Shown here: positions 32,306 through 43,320 of the stretch, piece after piece
Numbering within the stretch: position 1 is the first letter of the stretch
Layout: the number at the start of each line of letters is the position of its first letter
NCBI GenBank assembly: GCA_000091205.1
Contig: AP006489.2
Origin: Cyanidioschyzon merolae
Lineage: Eukaryota
Length of the DNA stretch: 64,000 nt
Reading direction: 5' to 3' (one strand)
The notes under the pieces: model-generated
Databases searched by the model: none
What the model was told of the DNA's origin: nothing
What the model saw: only the letters and a program-made list of their open reading frames with translations
Translations under genes and position numbers: made by a program

Positions 32306-35300
32306 CGCACCGCCACCTATAGCCGCAGGTCGGAGTCACTACCACAAAGCACCCTCTGTGCTTTTTCCTTTCAGTTAAGGTCCCCTAGTCGTCAAACGCT
32401 CGGCTGTCAGTGCCCAAAGCCGAAATGCAGGACGCAAGCGGGGATGTCCGCAACAGCACCAGCACCGACTGCGGTGTCAGCTGCCTGCCTACAGTGTTGC
32501 CCGCGGGATGTGCACTTTCGTACTGTGCTCACGTTGTGTATGCTGCGCAGTGACGGCGTTGGATGCAACAGAGAAAAGTGCAACTGAGCAAACATGTTCC
32601 AGGAATTTTTTCTTGGAATCAGAACTAGCGTACTTGTCGCAGTGATCGACAGGCTCGCTGTTATCCACAGTGGTGGACGGTAGCGCGAACTGCCTCTGCG
32701 GATGGATATCGCACGGAACGAGAAGCGCTGCTTGCATGCACGTACGCTTTCCTAGGACCCGAACTCAGAGATGGTACTTGCGACGCATGGTAAGCTCTGG
32801 ATATGGAAGGCAGTGCCCGCCAAACCTAACTAGCTGCTTCACCAGACGACGATCAAATTCTATATTGCGAGTGCTTGGCATCCGGATTCATCCCGAAACA
32901 ACTCGATACCCAAAGCACAGAGATTGCTTCAACAAGTGATCCAGATGCGAGCGCTCATGCTCCAGTGCGGGAGCAGCAAGTACAGCTACAACGTCTTGCC
33001 ACGCGTCGAAGACGAGCCACTTGCCCTAAATGCCGAGAGCGATGCGCAGGTAGGTATCTGCCCTGACGTATGTGTGTGCAGCGTCCATGAAGACAGCGCT
33101 GTGCGTTGCGCGGCTGGAGTGTCTCTCGGAGACGTGCTTTTGATCACATACGTAGAATCAGGACTGTAGGCGTCATACACAAAGCACTGAAATGTGGAAT
33201 ACATGTATCATCATGATCTTTTTGACTTTGTTCGTCGTTGTCTCGCGGAGGTATTGGACAAAGGGAATGAATCCTGTCGATAGGGGGAAACGCCGCGGAA
33301 AGAATTCATGCTGGGGCTGCTCGCTTGCGAAAAACTGGTTCACTCGCCCAAGTCAGTCATTCTGGCATTCAGCACGTACTTGAAGCGAGCTTCTCGTGGC
33401 GCTGATGCCGAACCTCTTGCACCCAAAACGGAACCTGTCGTTCTCTATTTAGACAAATGTCTGACTGGTTGTCCATACATTCCCGTCCGTTATTCCTTTG
33501 TGAAAACCTCTCAAAGAAGCCACAGGACGCGACTTTTTCCTACTAAGGATACGAAAAGTGACGAAGAGGCACTGATGGACATAGGGAGAAAACGTGCTTC
33601 TACGGGACTCCGTCACGCGTTGAACAGCACACGAACACTGTTGTACTGAAACGCAAACGCTTCCCACACAATGGACGAGTGTTCGTCGCCCTGGACGTTA
33701 CGCGATTCGAGAAAAACGCTCGACCTGTATACGGTACTCAAAGAGGTTTAGAACGCTGTCCGTACAGAAGATGCGAGCGAGCATGACAACAATAAAAGTC
33801 CTAGCGGCTCTTCAAAGGTGCAATCGCCTACATATCACCAGGCGGAGAGGATCAATCGACATCTCATTGTTCGTTGACGCGTGCTTCGTGGCTTCTCCTT
33901 CCTCGGTGCTGCTGTCCTACTCTCGGACAAGGTCGCCGTCCATCAAGTAAAAGCGGTCATGCGGCACCCGACATACGTTGGCGTTGAGCTGATCTTCGTA
34001 CCAGCTTCTGCGTTCTGGTGCAATCCAGTCGAAAACATCTTGTCTAGTGCGAAGCGCCGGTTTTCGCGCCCACGGATCAATAGATTGGTCAGTTGCACCC
34101 GCGACGCTGAAAGCTGCAGGACGCCACTGAGGATCGCGTAGCTTTCTAGTCGAGGAAGGCTCGCCTAGCACTCATCGCCTCGACGCACCTCGTCAAGCAA
34201 ATGTGCGTAAGTTTCTCGGACACACGGCATCGAGCTGTCCTTTTTCCACTCGAATTTTCTGATGAAATTTCCCTGCGACAGTACAACGGATATTCGTTAG
34301 AAAGCACGCAACTCGATCTGATGTAATGATCAGAGGTTTGGAGGCACACTTCCCAGCATACCTTCAGACGTGGACGCGTCACGTTGTCAATTGAGGTAAA
34401 CGATACAGCACAGGTGTGAAAAATTATTGAACAAGACTCAAAAAGCAAATCCATTTGCAGGTCAATGTCGAGCGATTCATGAGGTCTGTCTCGTGAGCGT
34501 TGTACGCTCAACTCGCTGGTCCAAGAAACTGAAGACTACTTCAAGCGGATTTCACGCTTCAGAGAGTATATGAGTACCCAAACTTAGCATGCGGACAATC
34601 TTATGGACGCTTGCATAGCATTGCGCTGGGGTCGCCATTTGTTTCGGTTCGCGATGAGTGCAAAAAACTTGCATTCGCCAAGTTCCTCCATGGTTTCATA
34701 AAGGAAATAGCTGCTCAGTCGAGTTGATTTGCGGTTGCCTAGTGCGTATCACGTGGCGCAGCGCGCCACGGTCACGTTCCTGCTCCTTCGACGAGTCCAG
34801 CAAGCGACCCTGCATGATTCCCGTTGATGCGCTCCGAGCGACACAGACGCATCACGAGCACGGGCGGACATGGAATCTGGAATAGAACAAGCGTTTGAAA
34901 CAGCGCCGAATACACGAAATTGCAAACAATACGCTGAGCAAACCTCCGAAAGCAAGGCAATTGCATCCGTGACCCTCGCGTTGGTGGAACTCCGCCAACA
35001 ACAGTGCACGACAGCACGTTCTGCACGACGACCTGAACACCCCGGTCAGTATCCGAAAAACAACTTCACGTTTCCGGAACGTCCATTGGCTCTGTATTGA
35101 GCAAACGTTTCTAGTGATCAGGATGAACACAGAGTAGGCATCGTGCTGAAACACTGAACACTTTCAAAAAACAGTTAGTGTCTAGATGATAGGGCAATGG
35201 AATCCAGGAAAACTGTAGCGCCCTATACACGCACACTGGAAACAATGCCCCTGAACAATCACCCTTGTGCTCCATTATGGGATATCAAAGCGATCATTGC

Positions 35301-35633
35301 GAGTGATGCAGTGCTCCCCACGGAGTTGTCACAGCAAGCCTGTGGCGTGACTGCCAATGCCGTGCACGCACGCAGACACCACGTTGCAGGGCATTCGCGC
35401 ATGCATTGCAGCGCGCGCGCGCGCGATAGAGACGCCCTGGCAGCTCGATGGGCGACAAAAGTCGCGTCGACGCGTCACGAAGCGGTACTGCGACGCCTGC
35501 CTCCGCATCAAGAACTGGAGCACAGCATCGCGTTGCGTTGCACGACACTGTGTAGAGCGCAGAGCGGTTGCTGTGCAGCTAGCGTGCCTGTCGCTCCTGA
35601 CACTGACGCCCTGGGCTGCTTCAGCGTCTCCGT

Positions 35634-38324
35634 ATGGGCCTCCTCACGACTGGCCGCCCGCTCGGCTGGTGGGACGCCCAACCCCACCTGGACTACGTTC
35701 GCGAGCACGGCATCGAGCAGTTTGTGAACGTGTTCTGCGCAACGCGTGATCGCCAAGGTGACGTGCTCAAATGGGGCGACGAGATCGAGTACACACTCCT
35801 AGTTTTGAATGAGTCCGAGCGTTGCACATACTTATCGCTTCGGGCACCGCAGGTGATCCAAGAGTTGCAGTCCGAGGAGCGACTCGTGAGTCGCAATTCG
35901 CTTGCCGACGTGCAGGAGCATGTGACCGGAGAGTCGGAGCTGTCTGAATTCGACTCTGCTCCAGTTCCAGAGACACTGTGGCGCCCAGAGTATGCCAACT
36001 GGATGGTTGAAGGTACACCTGGTGTACCCTACTCGTGTTATATGCGAGACCTTGTTTTGGTGGAGCAGAATATGGCACTGCGGCGAGCCCAGATACGCCG
36101 AGTCCTGCGGCCGAACGAGCGCTTGCTCTCGCTCACTGCTTATCCGCTGCTGGGCTGCGGGCGTTTTTGTGAGCCTGCTGGAGACGGGGTTTGCGGTCCA
36201 CTTGCGCGCTCACTTTACCTTCCAGATGCGGTCATTAACCCGCACCCGCGATTCGGTACGCTCACCCGGAACATTCGGCTACGACGAGGCGAGCCGGTCG
36301 CCATTCATGTGCCTCTGTATCGAGACAAGAGCACGCCGTCTGAGATTCCTCTCTGGGAGGGTGGTTCGCGACACGGCGGCGTTGTTGACATCGATCTGCA
36401 TCAGATTGTTGACGAAAAACTCGCAACGACATCTCTGTCGCAGGACAACACCGACCAGAACGTTGGGTCTGTTCGGAGTGACGAAGCCGTGCGGCGACAG
36501 CGGCTGGCTTGGTCACTGTCGCAGGCCAGCAGCGATACTGAATTAGTACTTGTACCGATTGAAGCACCGAGTGTCGATGGTCCCGAGCGTCCCGAAGCGC
36601 TTGACGCGCAACACGACGGCCTCGGCTACTTGTGCGAGAAGGCTGGGCTTGCATCGTGGAATGAGCGAAATCGCGACGGGAGGCACACCAGTCCAGATAT
36701 CTACATGGATGCTATGGGCTTTGGGATGGGCCTCTGTTGTCTGCAAATTACCCTGCAGGCAGCGAATATGGACGAGGGTCGGTACCTCTACGACCAGCTC
36801 GCGGTGTTGGCCCCGGTCATGTTGGCACTGACCGCAGCGACACCAGCGCTGCGCGGTTTTCTCACCGATACCGATGTGCGATGGAGTATCATCAGCGCTT
36901 CGGTAGACGATCGGACCGCTTTGGAGCGCGCATTAGGATGCCCGCCCAAGTCGCGATATTCCTCGATTGACTGTTTCATCAGTAATAGACCGGAAATGAA
37001 AGCCGCCCTCTACAACGATATCCCCGTACTGGTGGATGCACGTGCCTATCGACGACTTCGCGAAGCCGGTGTCGACGAGCACCTCGCACGCCACGTTGCG
37101 CATCTCTTCATTCGAGATCCGCTGGTCATATTTGATGACTTTGCCACCGTCGACGACCGTGTATCGTTGACTCATTTCGAGAATATCCAATCCACGAACT
37201 GGAATACGGTGCGGTTCAAGCCGCCGAGCCAGACTGGCCCGAATACGTCCGCGGGCTGGCGAACCGAGTTCCGCTCGATGGAGCTCCAGATCACGGACTT
37301 TGAAAATGCCGCGTTCACGGTGTTCATGGTGCTGCTGTCCCGCTGCATTCTGGCGTTTGGCATGAACCTGTACATTCCGATATCGAAGCATGATGAGAAT
37401 CTTGTGACTGCACACCAGCGCGACGCTGTGCGCCAAGGCAAGTTCTGGTTCCGCAAACATATTTTCTCTCGCGAAGCAGAGCTCTCCTGCTCTGTCCGGT
37501 GTCACTATCGATGCGCTTGCGGTTCGGAGCACTGTGTCTCGTTCCAGAGCCTGAACGCGGGGTCACCAGCCGGTTCGCAATCGTCGCCATCGCAGTCTTG
37601 TCCATTCCGCTTCTGCACCGATCCGGATCCCGAGGCCATGGAGCTCATGACCATCGACGAGATCATGAATGGAAAACCCTGCTGCGAGAAACACGCTTTT
37701 CGCAAAGCCTACCCCGGCCTCCTGACGCTCGTTCGGGTCTACCTCGACGCAATCCCGGGTCTCGATCGGGCCACGAGAATGCGTCTTGGAGCCTATTTGG
37801 ACTTTGTAGCTGCACGTTCCAGTGGAAGGCTGCTGACCTGTGCGGCATGGATGCGAGAATTCATTCTCAAGCACCCCAGCTATCGACATGATTCAAAAGT
37901 GACTCCCGAGGCATGTTACGATCTGATCCAACGTTGCATAGAACTTTCAGAGGGTCGTTGTGGTGAACCGGCGCTCTTGGGCGATTTCTGGCCCGAGCAT
38001 CATATTGACGGGGAGTTAACGAGCCATGATTTTTCAAAATTACGAAACCAGATACATGAAGAGGATTCTCCGCAGTTGCGCGGAGAGTCATTCCGCGAAG
38101 AGCTCCTCCCAGCAGCTGCATCGCGAATCCTCGAGACGGTATCGATATCCGCGCGGACGCACGCGGGCGTTGCTGAGCATCATCACGATCAGCATGCTCG
38201 TCATCGCGGCTGTGATTACCACCAAGCACATGGTGTCGACGAACGTCAACGTCGTCACCATCGAGGTGCTGGTGCTTTGGGGCGCTTTCAAGAGGCAAGG
38301 CACCAGGCAGACCAACACTTGTGA
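35634..38324 (+). CDS. GCLC: Glutamate-cysteine ligase catalytic subunit (eukaryotic GCLC type) with lineage-specific insertions and a long His/Arg-rich C-terminal tail
   Basis: Collinear with human GCLC. MGLLTTGRPLGWWDAQPHLDYVREHGIEQF ([30 protein letters not shown]). KWGDEIEY. WRPEYANWMVEGTPG. HPRFGTLTRNIRLRRGE. DIYMDAMGFGMGLCCLQITLQA. RWSIISASVDDRT. VAHLFIRDP. HFENIQSTNWNTVRFKPP. GWRTEFRSMELQITDFENAAF. ARWMREFILKHPSYRHDS. Homology ends near ALLGDFW (about 38000). The last roughly 110 codons may be untranslated or intronic. Confidence 0.9.
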   Translation: MGLLTTGRPLGWWDAQPHLDYVREHGIEQFVNVFCATRDRQGDVLKWGDEIEYTLLVLNESERCTYLSLRAPQVIQELQSEERLVSRNSLADVQEHVTGESELSEFDSAPVPETLWRPEYANWMVEGTPGVPYSCYMRDLVLVEQNMALRRAQIRRVLRPNERLLSLTAYPLLGCGRFCEPAGDGVCGPLARSLYLPDAVINPHPRFGTLTRNIRLRRGEPVAIHVPLYRDKSTPSEIPLWEGGSRHGGVVDIDLHQIVDEKLATTSLSQDNTDQNVGSVRSDEAVRRQRLAWSLSQASSDTELVLVPIEAPSVDGPERPEALDAQHDGLGYLCEKAGLASWNERNRDGRHTSPDIYMDAMGFGMGLCCLQITLQAANMDEGRYLYDQLAVLAPVMLALTAATPALRGFLTDTDVRWSIISASVDDRTALERALGCPPKSRYSSIDCFISNRPEMKAALYNDIPVLVDARAYRRLREAGVDEHLARHVAHLFIRDPLVIFDDFATVDDRVSLTHFENIQSTNWNTVRFKPPSQTGPNTSAGWRTEFRSMELQITDFENAAFTVFMVLLSRCILAFGMNLYIPISKHDENLVTAHQRDAVRQGKFWFRKHIFSREAELSCSVRCHYRCACGSEHCVSFQSLNAGSPAGSQSSPSQSCPFRFCTDPDPEAMELMTIDEIMNGKPCCEKHAFRKAYPGLLTLVRVYLDAIPGLDRATRMRLGAYLDFVAARSSGRLLTCAAWMREFILKHPSYRHDSKVTPEACYDLIQRCIELSEGRCGEPALLGDFWPEHHIDGELTSHDFSKLRNQIHEEDSPQLRGESFREELLPAAASRILETVSISARTHAGVAEHHHDQHARHRGCDYHQAHGVDERQRRHHRGAGALGRFQEARHQADQHL

Positions 38325-39420
38325 GCGCTGGGCTGCGTTCGGGTTCTAGGAGGCGCGAGCTAGGTGGCATGTGTTTGTAAAATGCAGAAGGCACACCGCA
38401 GTCTCGCCCGGCATGTAAACCGCATCGATTAGAAATGGTTGCAGTCTCGTACACCCAGTGACGGAAGCGACGCGTGTCAAGTCGCGGGCTCCATCACTCG
38501 GATCGTCGCACGGGAGCTGCTAGCGTCGCTTTTTTCCTTCACGGGGATTGCAGTGACCATCCGACGCGATTCACGACTTTTAGGTACGCGGCAATCCGAA
38601 GGCGTCAGGGGTTTGGCTGCCCCCTCGATCTCGCGCCTCGACAGGTACGAACAAATTGCTGCATGGAAGAGTCGCGATCCTTATGCAGAACCCGCGGGGC
38701 TCGCTGGGGTTGCCAGCGACCCGCGCACGACGCGACGGCGCGCTCAGAGGCCGTTCACGAGAATCGGACGCGCTCCGTTAGAGGCGCGAAACGCATCTGA
38801 CGATACACAGCGTATGCTTCAAGTCAGTAGCAGGGACCCGGTGGCGTTGATAACGGTCCTCTGATGTTTTGAATCAAAACATTGAGACGAACAACAGCCG
38901 ACTGCACATGGACGTGCGCAAAACCTACCAACACCTGAGCGAGCACCAATCGACCGAACTCGAGTGCTTCGCAAGAGCAGAAAACACATGCACGTAGAGC
39001 TGCGTCGCGAATACGCAGCTCCATTCGTCACGCTAGACGCGGGGGAAACGCGTCTCGCTGACGGGACACGTTGCGCAATGTGTGTCATGCATGCGTGCTC
39101 GGATGTGTGCAATGGAGGCTGGGATGGAGTATTCCAAACAGAACATTTACAAACAATGATCATTGCAAGAGCATGCTTTGTTGCGATGCACTCCTGTCGT
39201 CGTTCCGAATCTGTCATGGCTCTCGGTACCGCAGCTAAGCAGAGGAGCGCGTGTCGCCAGCTACCCATGTGGAGCCGCCGCGAGTGCGGAACGCTACCAT
39301 AGCCCCGCTTGGCTCTGCGCACTTGCCACAAGCTTTCAAGATCGATTCTTGAGATAAAAAGCGTTCATTTGGGGCCCATGCGAAGCCTGCGGGCGGCGTC
39401 TGGCGAACTGGTGCGCGCAC

Positions 39421-39768
39421 TCAACGCGTCAGTGACGAGTTTGACACTGACGCTTGCACACAGGCCCGGATGATGCTCAGCTCCGGTGCGCAGCTTGACT
39501 CCAAGGAATCAATATTTTCAGCAGCACATACGATCAAACTAACAACTGTACTTGCGCAGTAACGGGCAGCGTTTATGAGGTCCGATAAAAGAACGCCCGG
39601 GACTTGGAGAACGTCACCGATACAGCTCGGCAACTCCTCGGTGAAAAGCGCGGCACAGCCTGAAAGTCCAGGTGTAGCAGTGGGAGAAGCCGCAGGAGTT
39701 ACAGCCTCAACAAAACGAAACATAACGAAAACGAATATAACGAGGAGTATTAACCTTCGTGCGAACAT
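39421..39768 (-). CDS. Putative small secreted Cys-containing protein (signal-peptide-like N-terminus)
   Basis: N-terminal hydrophobic leader MFARRLILLVIFVFVMFRFVEA then a 90-aa Cys-containing region. No homology recognised. Weak. Confidence 0.2.
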   Translation of the reverse strand: MFARRLILLVIFVFVMFRFVEAVTPAASPTATPGLSGCAALFTEELPSCIGDVLQVPGVLLSDLINAARYCASTVVSLIVCAAENIDSLESSCAPELSIIRACVQASVSNSSLTR

Positions 39769-39914
39769 TTAGCCTCCAGGTCACTTTTGGAGAGGAAACA
39801 CACGAAACGCCGAAAAGCGTATGCGTGCGCGCGTGCGTGCGTGCGTGCGCAATCCAAACGATCCCTAAATTGGTTGCCGCTGTGCTGTCCACCAGCGCGG
39901 TGCTGTCCAGGGCT

Positions 39915-39917
<3 letters not shown>

Positions 39918-39953
<36 letters not shown>
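39918..39953. repeat. (CAG)12 trinucleotide microsatellite (intergenic)
   Basis: agcagcagcagcagcagcagcagcagcagcagcagc read directly. Confidence 0.95.
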
Positions 39954-39954
<1 letters not shown>

Positions 39955-41266
39955 CCTCGCGCACCTCATCGCTACCACACGTGCGGTTTCGGTACCGGAT
40001 CCGTGCCTGCAACTGGACGCGCCCGGGATACGCAAGCGGAATGCGCTCGTCGGGGTGCCTGCTCCATGGCGCCGTTGATGAGCAAACATGCACTGCATCT
40101 GTTTCAGGTACGTCTATCTGGTATCGTTGGCTTCACCAATGTTCGAGGTCGATAGTCACAGCGTATGACAGCCGCAAACGCTCAGGATCAGACGCTGGAA
40201 GGGTGGTGTTTTTGGTGCGCCTCTCCATGGTCGCAACTCGGCTGCTCCAGATGCCCCCAGAGGCCGTCATCCCGTCGAACTGGGCCTTGAATGGAAATAT
40301 AGGTTGGGGCGGCTGCACGTAGCCGAGTTGACGCGGACAGCACAACTGCATCGGCCGTCGAAAGTGAGCCTGAACTGCGAGTCGCGACCTCGAGAGGCAC
40401 CGCCAAGCTGCTCCGCGGCCGTCTGGAAGCTGCCGCTTTTGCGTTTGCAGTGCATCCACGTCCTTGTCAAGCGTCTGCGGCACGACAGGTACCTTGAGGA
40501 TCCATGTTAATGGATCGTGCGAGAGCCAGCTCCCAACGATAACACTGGTCTGGGGCTCGTATATCCTATATGCATCTCTGGAAGAAAGGAGGTCTGCTGC
40601 TGACACATCGACAGCAGTCGCGTATCCAAGGAGTTTGCAGGTTCGCCGCTCTGCGCATGTGCTCCATCGACAGCAAATCATCAGCGTCGGCGACGGAGGA
40701 TCCGTATCTGCGAAGCGACTTGCACCAGAACCATTGACGCGGGACGTGCGGTTTCAAGCTCAGAAAACTTACGGAAGGGCTGCGTTCGCTGAACCGCTTC
40801 GCATAATGCCTTGAAAAAAGCCGCTTATCATCGCTGGGAATGATTCTGGAGAACTCGGACGAGCGCTGCTCACTGGCGCGGCAGGTACGTTGCTGCGAGC
40901 AACGCTGGTTCCAGGAGACTCGCGAACAGGCTACTGCGGGTGACCTCGCGAGCATGCTGCTCGCGGCGGAAATGCTATGCCATAGTTACGGTTGCTCGCA
41001 TAGTCGTTATGAACGGTTTCGAGAGGCGCTCCACTTTCTGCGTCTGTACCTGGTTCGGCGCTACGGCACTGCGAACCTGCTGCAGCTCGAGGTGCTGGCG
41101 CAGTCGGGTGCCTCCGCCGACGAGACGCTTCCTCGGGCACTCTTTTTATACCGGCAAGCACGGATCGAGCTCGCAGGTTTGGAAACACCATAATTTAAAG
41201 TTCAGGCGAGCATCGTTCACCTCCCGAGGAGACTGGGTCCGTTCTGGTTGAACCTGCGGAACCGGG

Positions 41267-42502
41267 ATGCCCGACCAGCTCAGCGGGGACGGCGGGTCGG
41301 CACCCGACGCGCCCGAGGCGCTGCTGCCACCACCCGAGAAGCGGGCCCGCACCCTACCCGCAACTGGAACGTCCACGCAAAGCACCCAGGTGACGCCAGC
41401 GCTGACAAGTGAGCGCTCGGTAACCTCGAGCAGACAACTCCGCCTCGTCACCTGGAACGTGGCCTCCTACCGCAGCGCTTCGACTGCACTGCTCAAATAC
41501 GTTCACGAAGCTAATCCAGATATCATCTGTTTACAGGAGACGAAGCTGCAGGCGAACGCGACACCCGGGCCGTTTCTTCTGCCTCAGTACCGTTACAAGA
41601 CCTGGTTTTGCAGTACAGCGCGCAAGGGTTACTCTGGCACCGCAGTGTTATCGAAACTCAAGCCTCAAAGCGTACATCGGGGAATACCAGGTCACCCGGA
41701 ACACGATGCTGAAGGTCGCTGCATCGTCTACGAATATCCCGACCTTGTCTTAGTGAACGTGTACGTACCAAACTCGGGACTGAGGTCCTGCGAGCGCCTT
41801 GCGTACCGAGTCCAAGAGTGGGATTCTGCCCTGCGCGACTACCTCCGACAACTAGCGGCAACGCGACGATCCATCATTCTCTGTGGCGACATGAATGTGG
41901 CTCTAGACGATCGCGACGTCTATTCGGTGGAGGCTTGTCGAGGGTGTGCGGGTTTCACCAGCGATGAGCGGGAGAGCTTTCGGAGAACGCTCTCGGAAGC
42001 GGGTCTGGTGGACGCTTTCATGGCTCTGCATGGCAACGAGGCGACACCGCGCTTTACATTTTGGGATTATCGGGATTCTATGGGAGGCGTTCGACGGAAC
42101 GGGTGGCGAATCGATCTCTTCTGCGTCAGTGCAGCCATGGTGGGTCAGGGTCGGACACCGCGGCAGGTACTGCGGCATAACGATGCTTCCGCAGAGGCCT
42201 GCACCGCTGACACCTCCCCGCAATCGATGGCGACGGAGAGCGTCTGGAAAGTAGTGCAAGTGCGTCCGCGCCCGGATATCTACGGAAGCGATCACTGCCC
42301 TGTCGAGATGGTGCTAGCTTTTGTGCCTGACGCGGAAGCAAGCGCCGCTTTCTCGCAACCATTGGTGAACGTGCCTGAGCGGCGGGAAAGCGCTGAATGC
42401 TCGAGTCCGGTGCGTACCGATGACGATGCATCCGGCTGCTGCCCCGAGCGCGGCGACTCGGACAAGGCCGACCCAGCATGCCCAGGGGTAAAGCAAAGCT
42501 AG
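41267..42502 (+). CDS. APE1: AP endonuclease 1 (exonuclease III/APE1 family, base excision repair)
   Basis: Disordered NLS-like N-terminus (PPPEKRAR). The catalytic domain: LRLVTWNVASY. PDIICLQETK. GYSGTAVLSK. VNVYVPNSG. ILCGDMNVALDDRDV. GFTSDERESF. WRIDLFCVS. GSDHCPVEMVLAF. Confidence 0.9.
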   Translation: MPDQLSGDGGSAPDAPEALLPPPEKRARTLPATGTSTQSTQVTPALTSERSVTSSRQLRLVTWNVASYRSASTALLKYVHEANPDIICLQETKLQANATPGPFLLPQYRYKTWFCSTARKGYSGTAVLSKLKPQSVHRGIPGHPEHDAEGRCIVYEYPDLVLVNVYVPNSGLRSCERLAYRVQEWDSALRDYLRQLAATRRSIILCGDMNVALDDRDVYSVEACRGCAGFTSDERESFRRTLSEAGLVDAFMALHGNEATPRFTFWDYRDSMGGVRRNGWRIDLFCVSAAMVGQGRTPRQVLRHNDASAEACTADTSPQSMATESVWKVVQVRPRPDIYGSDHCPVEMVLAFVPDAEASAAFSQPLVNVPERRESAECSSPVRTDDDASGCCPERGDSDKADPACPGVKQS

Positions 42503-42720
42503 ATCTATCCTGAACCAGTGCGCTCGATATACACGTGTACGTCAAACGTCATTCGGGTAGGTTGAATAACCCGAGCGTCTAGCCCCCGAGGCATCCGCAT
42601 ACCATATACAGGGCTAGCTCACGGTGTCGTGGCGACGGAAAGGGTGCAGCTCCAACCCGCACAGCGCCGAGCGGGTACTTGCAGGTCGAAATCCAATACC
42701 GCTTCGTACCGAGAAGACCG

Positions 42721-43320
42721 TCAATATATTTGATCTGTGGCCGCGACACTGGTCGAAGGTGTCTTGGCCGGAACACTCCGATCAAAACTGCAAGGGAAAC
42801 GAGTAACCCGCGGTTGCTCCGCTAGAATATTGCGCAGGAGTTTGTCCCACTGTGGTGGCGAAATCTCCACCGTTGCTGCAGCCTGTGCTTCTGCCTCCGC
42901 TTCGCTCATACCAGCCTGGACTAGTCGCTGCTTCACGCTGCTAGCCGCCTCTTTCAAAACCTCCGGTGGATACTCGTTACATAGATAGTATCCTACCCGG
43001 ATAAACTCCTGCCCACGATAACTGCAGGTCACGAGTACGATCGTAACCCCCGTGGCATCTTCCTCTGGTATCCGTTCTGGTCGCGGCGGTGGCACCTCCA
43101 AGACAAACGCAAAGCGCCCAGGGGTATCCGCGGGTACCAGAACAGCGTCGAGCTCCTGGTCATAAGATTCGGACGACGCTGAACCGACGTAGACGACGCG
43201 CCACTCGATGTCGTCAGAGAGCGCCTCTCGAACCTCGTACGCAATCGCAAAGCGAAGGTTTGAGAGAAAGGGTGCTGGGTTATTTTCCACTGCCACAGAG
43301 ATTATGTCTACAGCAGCCAT
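42721..43320 (-). CDS. ASF1: Histone chaperone ASF1
   Basis: MAAVDIISVAVENNPAPFLSNLRFAIAYEVREALSDDIEWRVVYVGSASSESYDQELDAVLV...VTIVLVTCSYRGQEFIRVGYYLCNEYP...LLRNILAEQPRVTRF aligns along the whole ASF1 core (yeast/human MSIVSLLGIKVLNNPAKF...LEWKLTYVGSS...DQELDSILV...VRVGYYVNNEY...IVRNILAEKPRVTRF). Confidence 0.85.
   Translation of the reverse strand: MAAVDIISVAVENNPAPFLSNLRFAIAYEVREALSDDIEWRVVYVGSASSESYDQELDAVLVPADTPGRFAFVLEVPPPRPERIPEEDATGVTIVLVTCSYRGQEFIRVGYYLCNEYPPEVLKEAASSVKQRLVQAGMSEAEAEAQAAATVEISPPQWDKLLRNILAEQPRVTRFPCSFDRSVPAKTPSTSVAATDQIY

Noticed and set aside
39707-40093. 128-aa ORF with a poly-Leu run (and a + strand ORF with poly-Ser/Ala) as a gene
   Set aside because: Both frames are carried by the (CAG)12 microsatellite. 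No other coding features.
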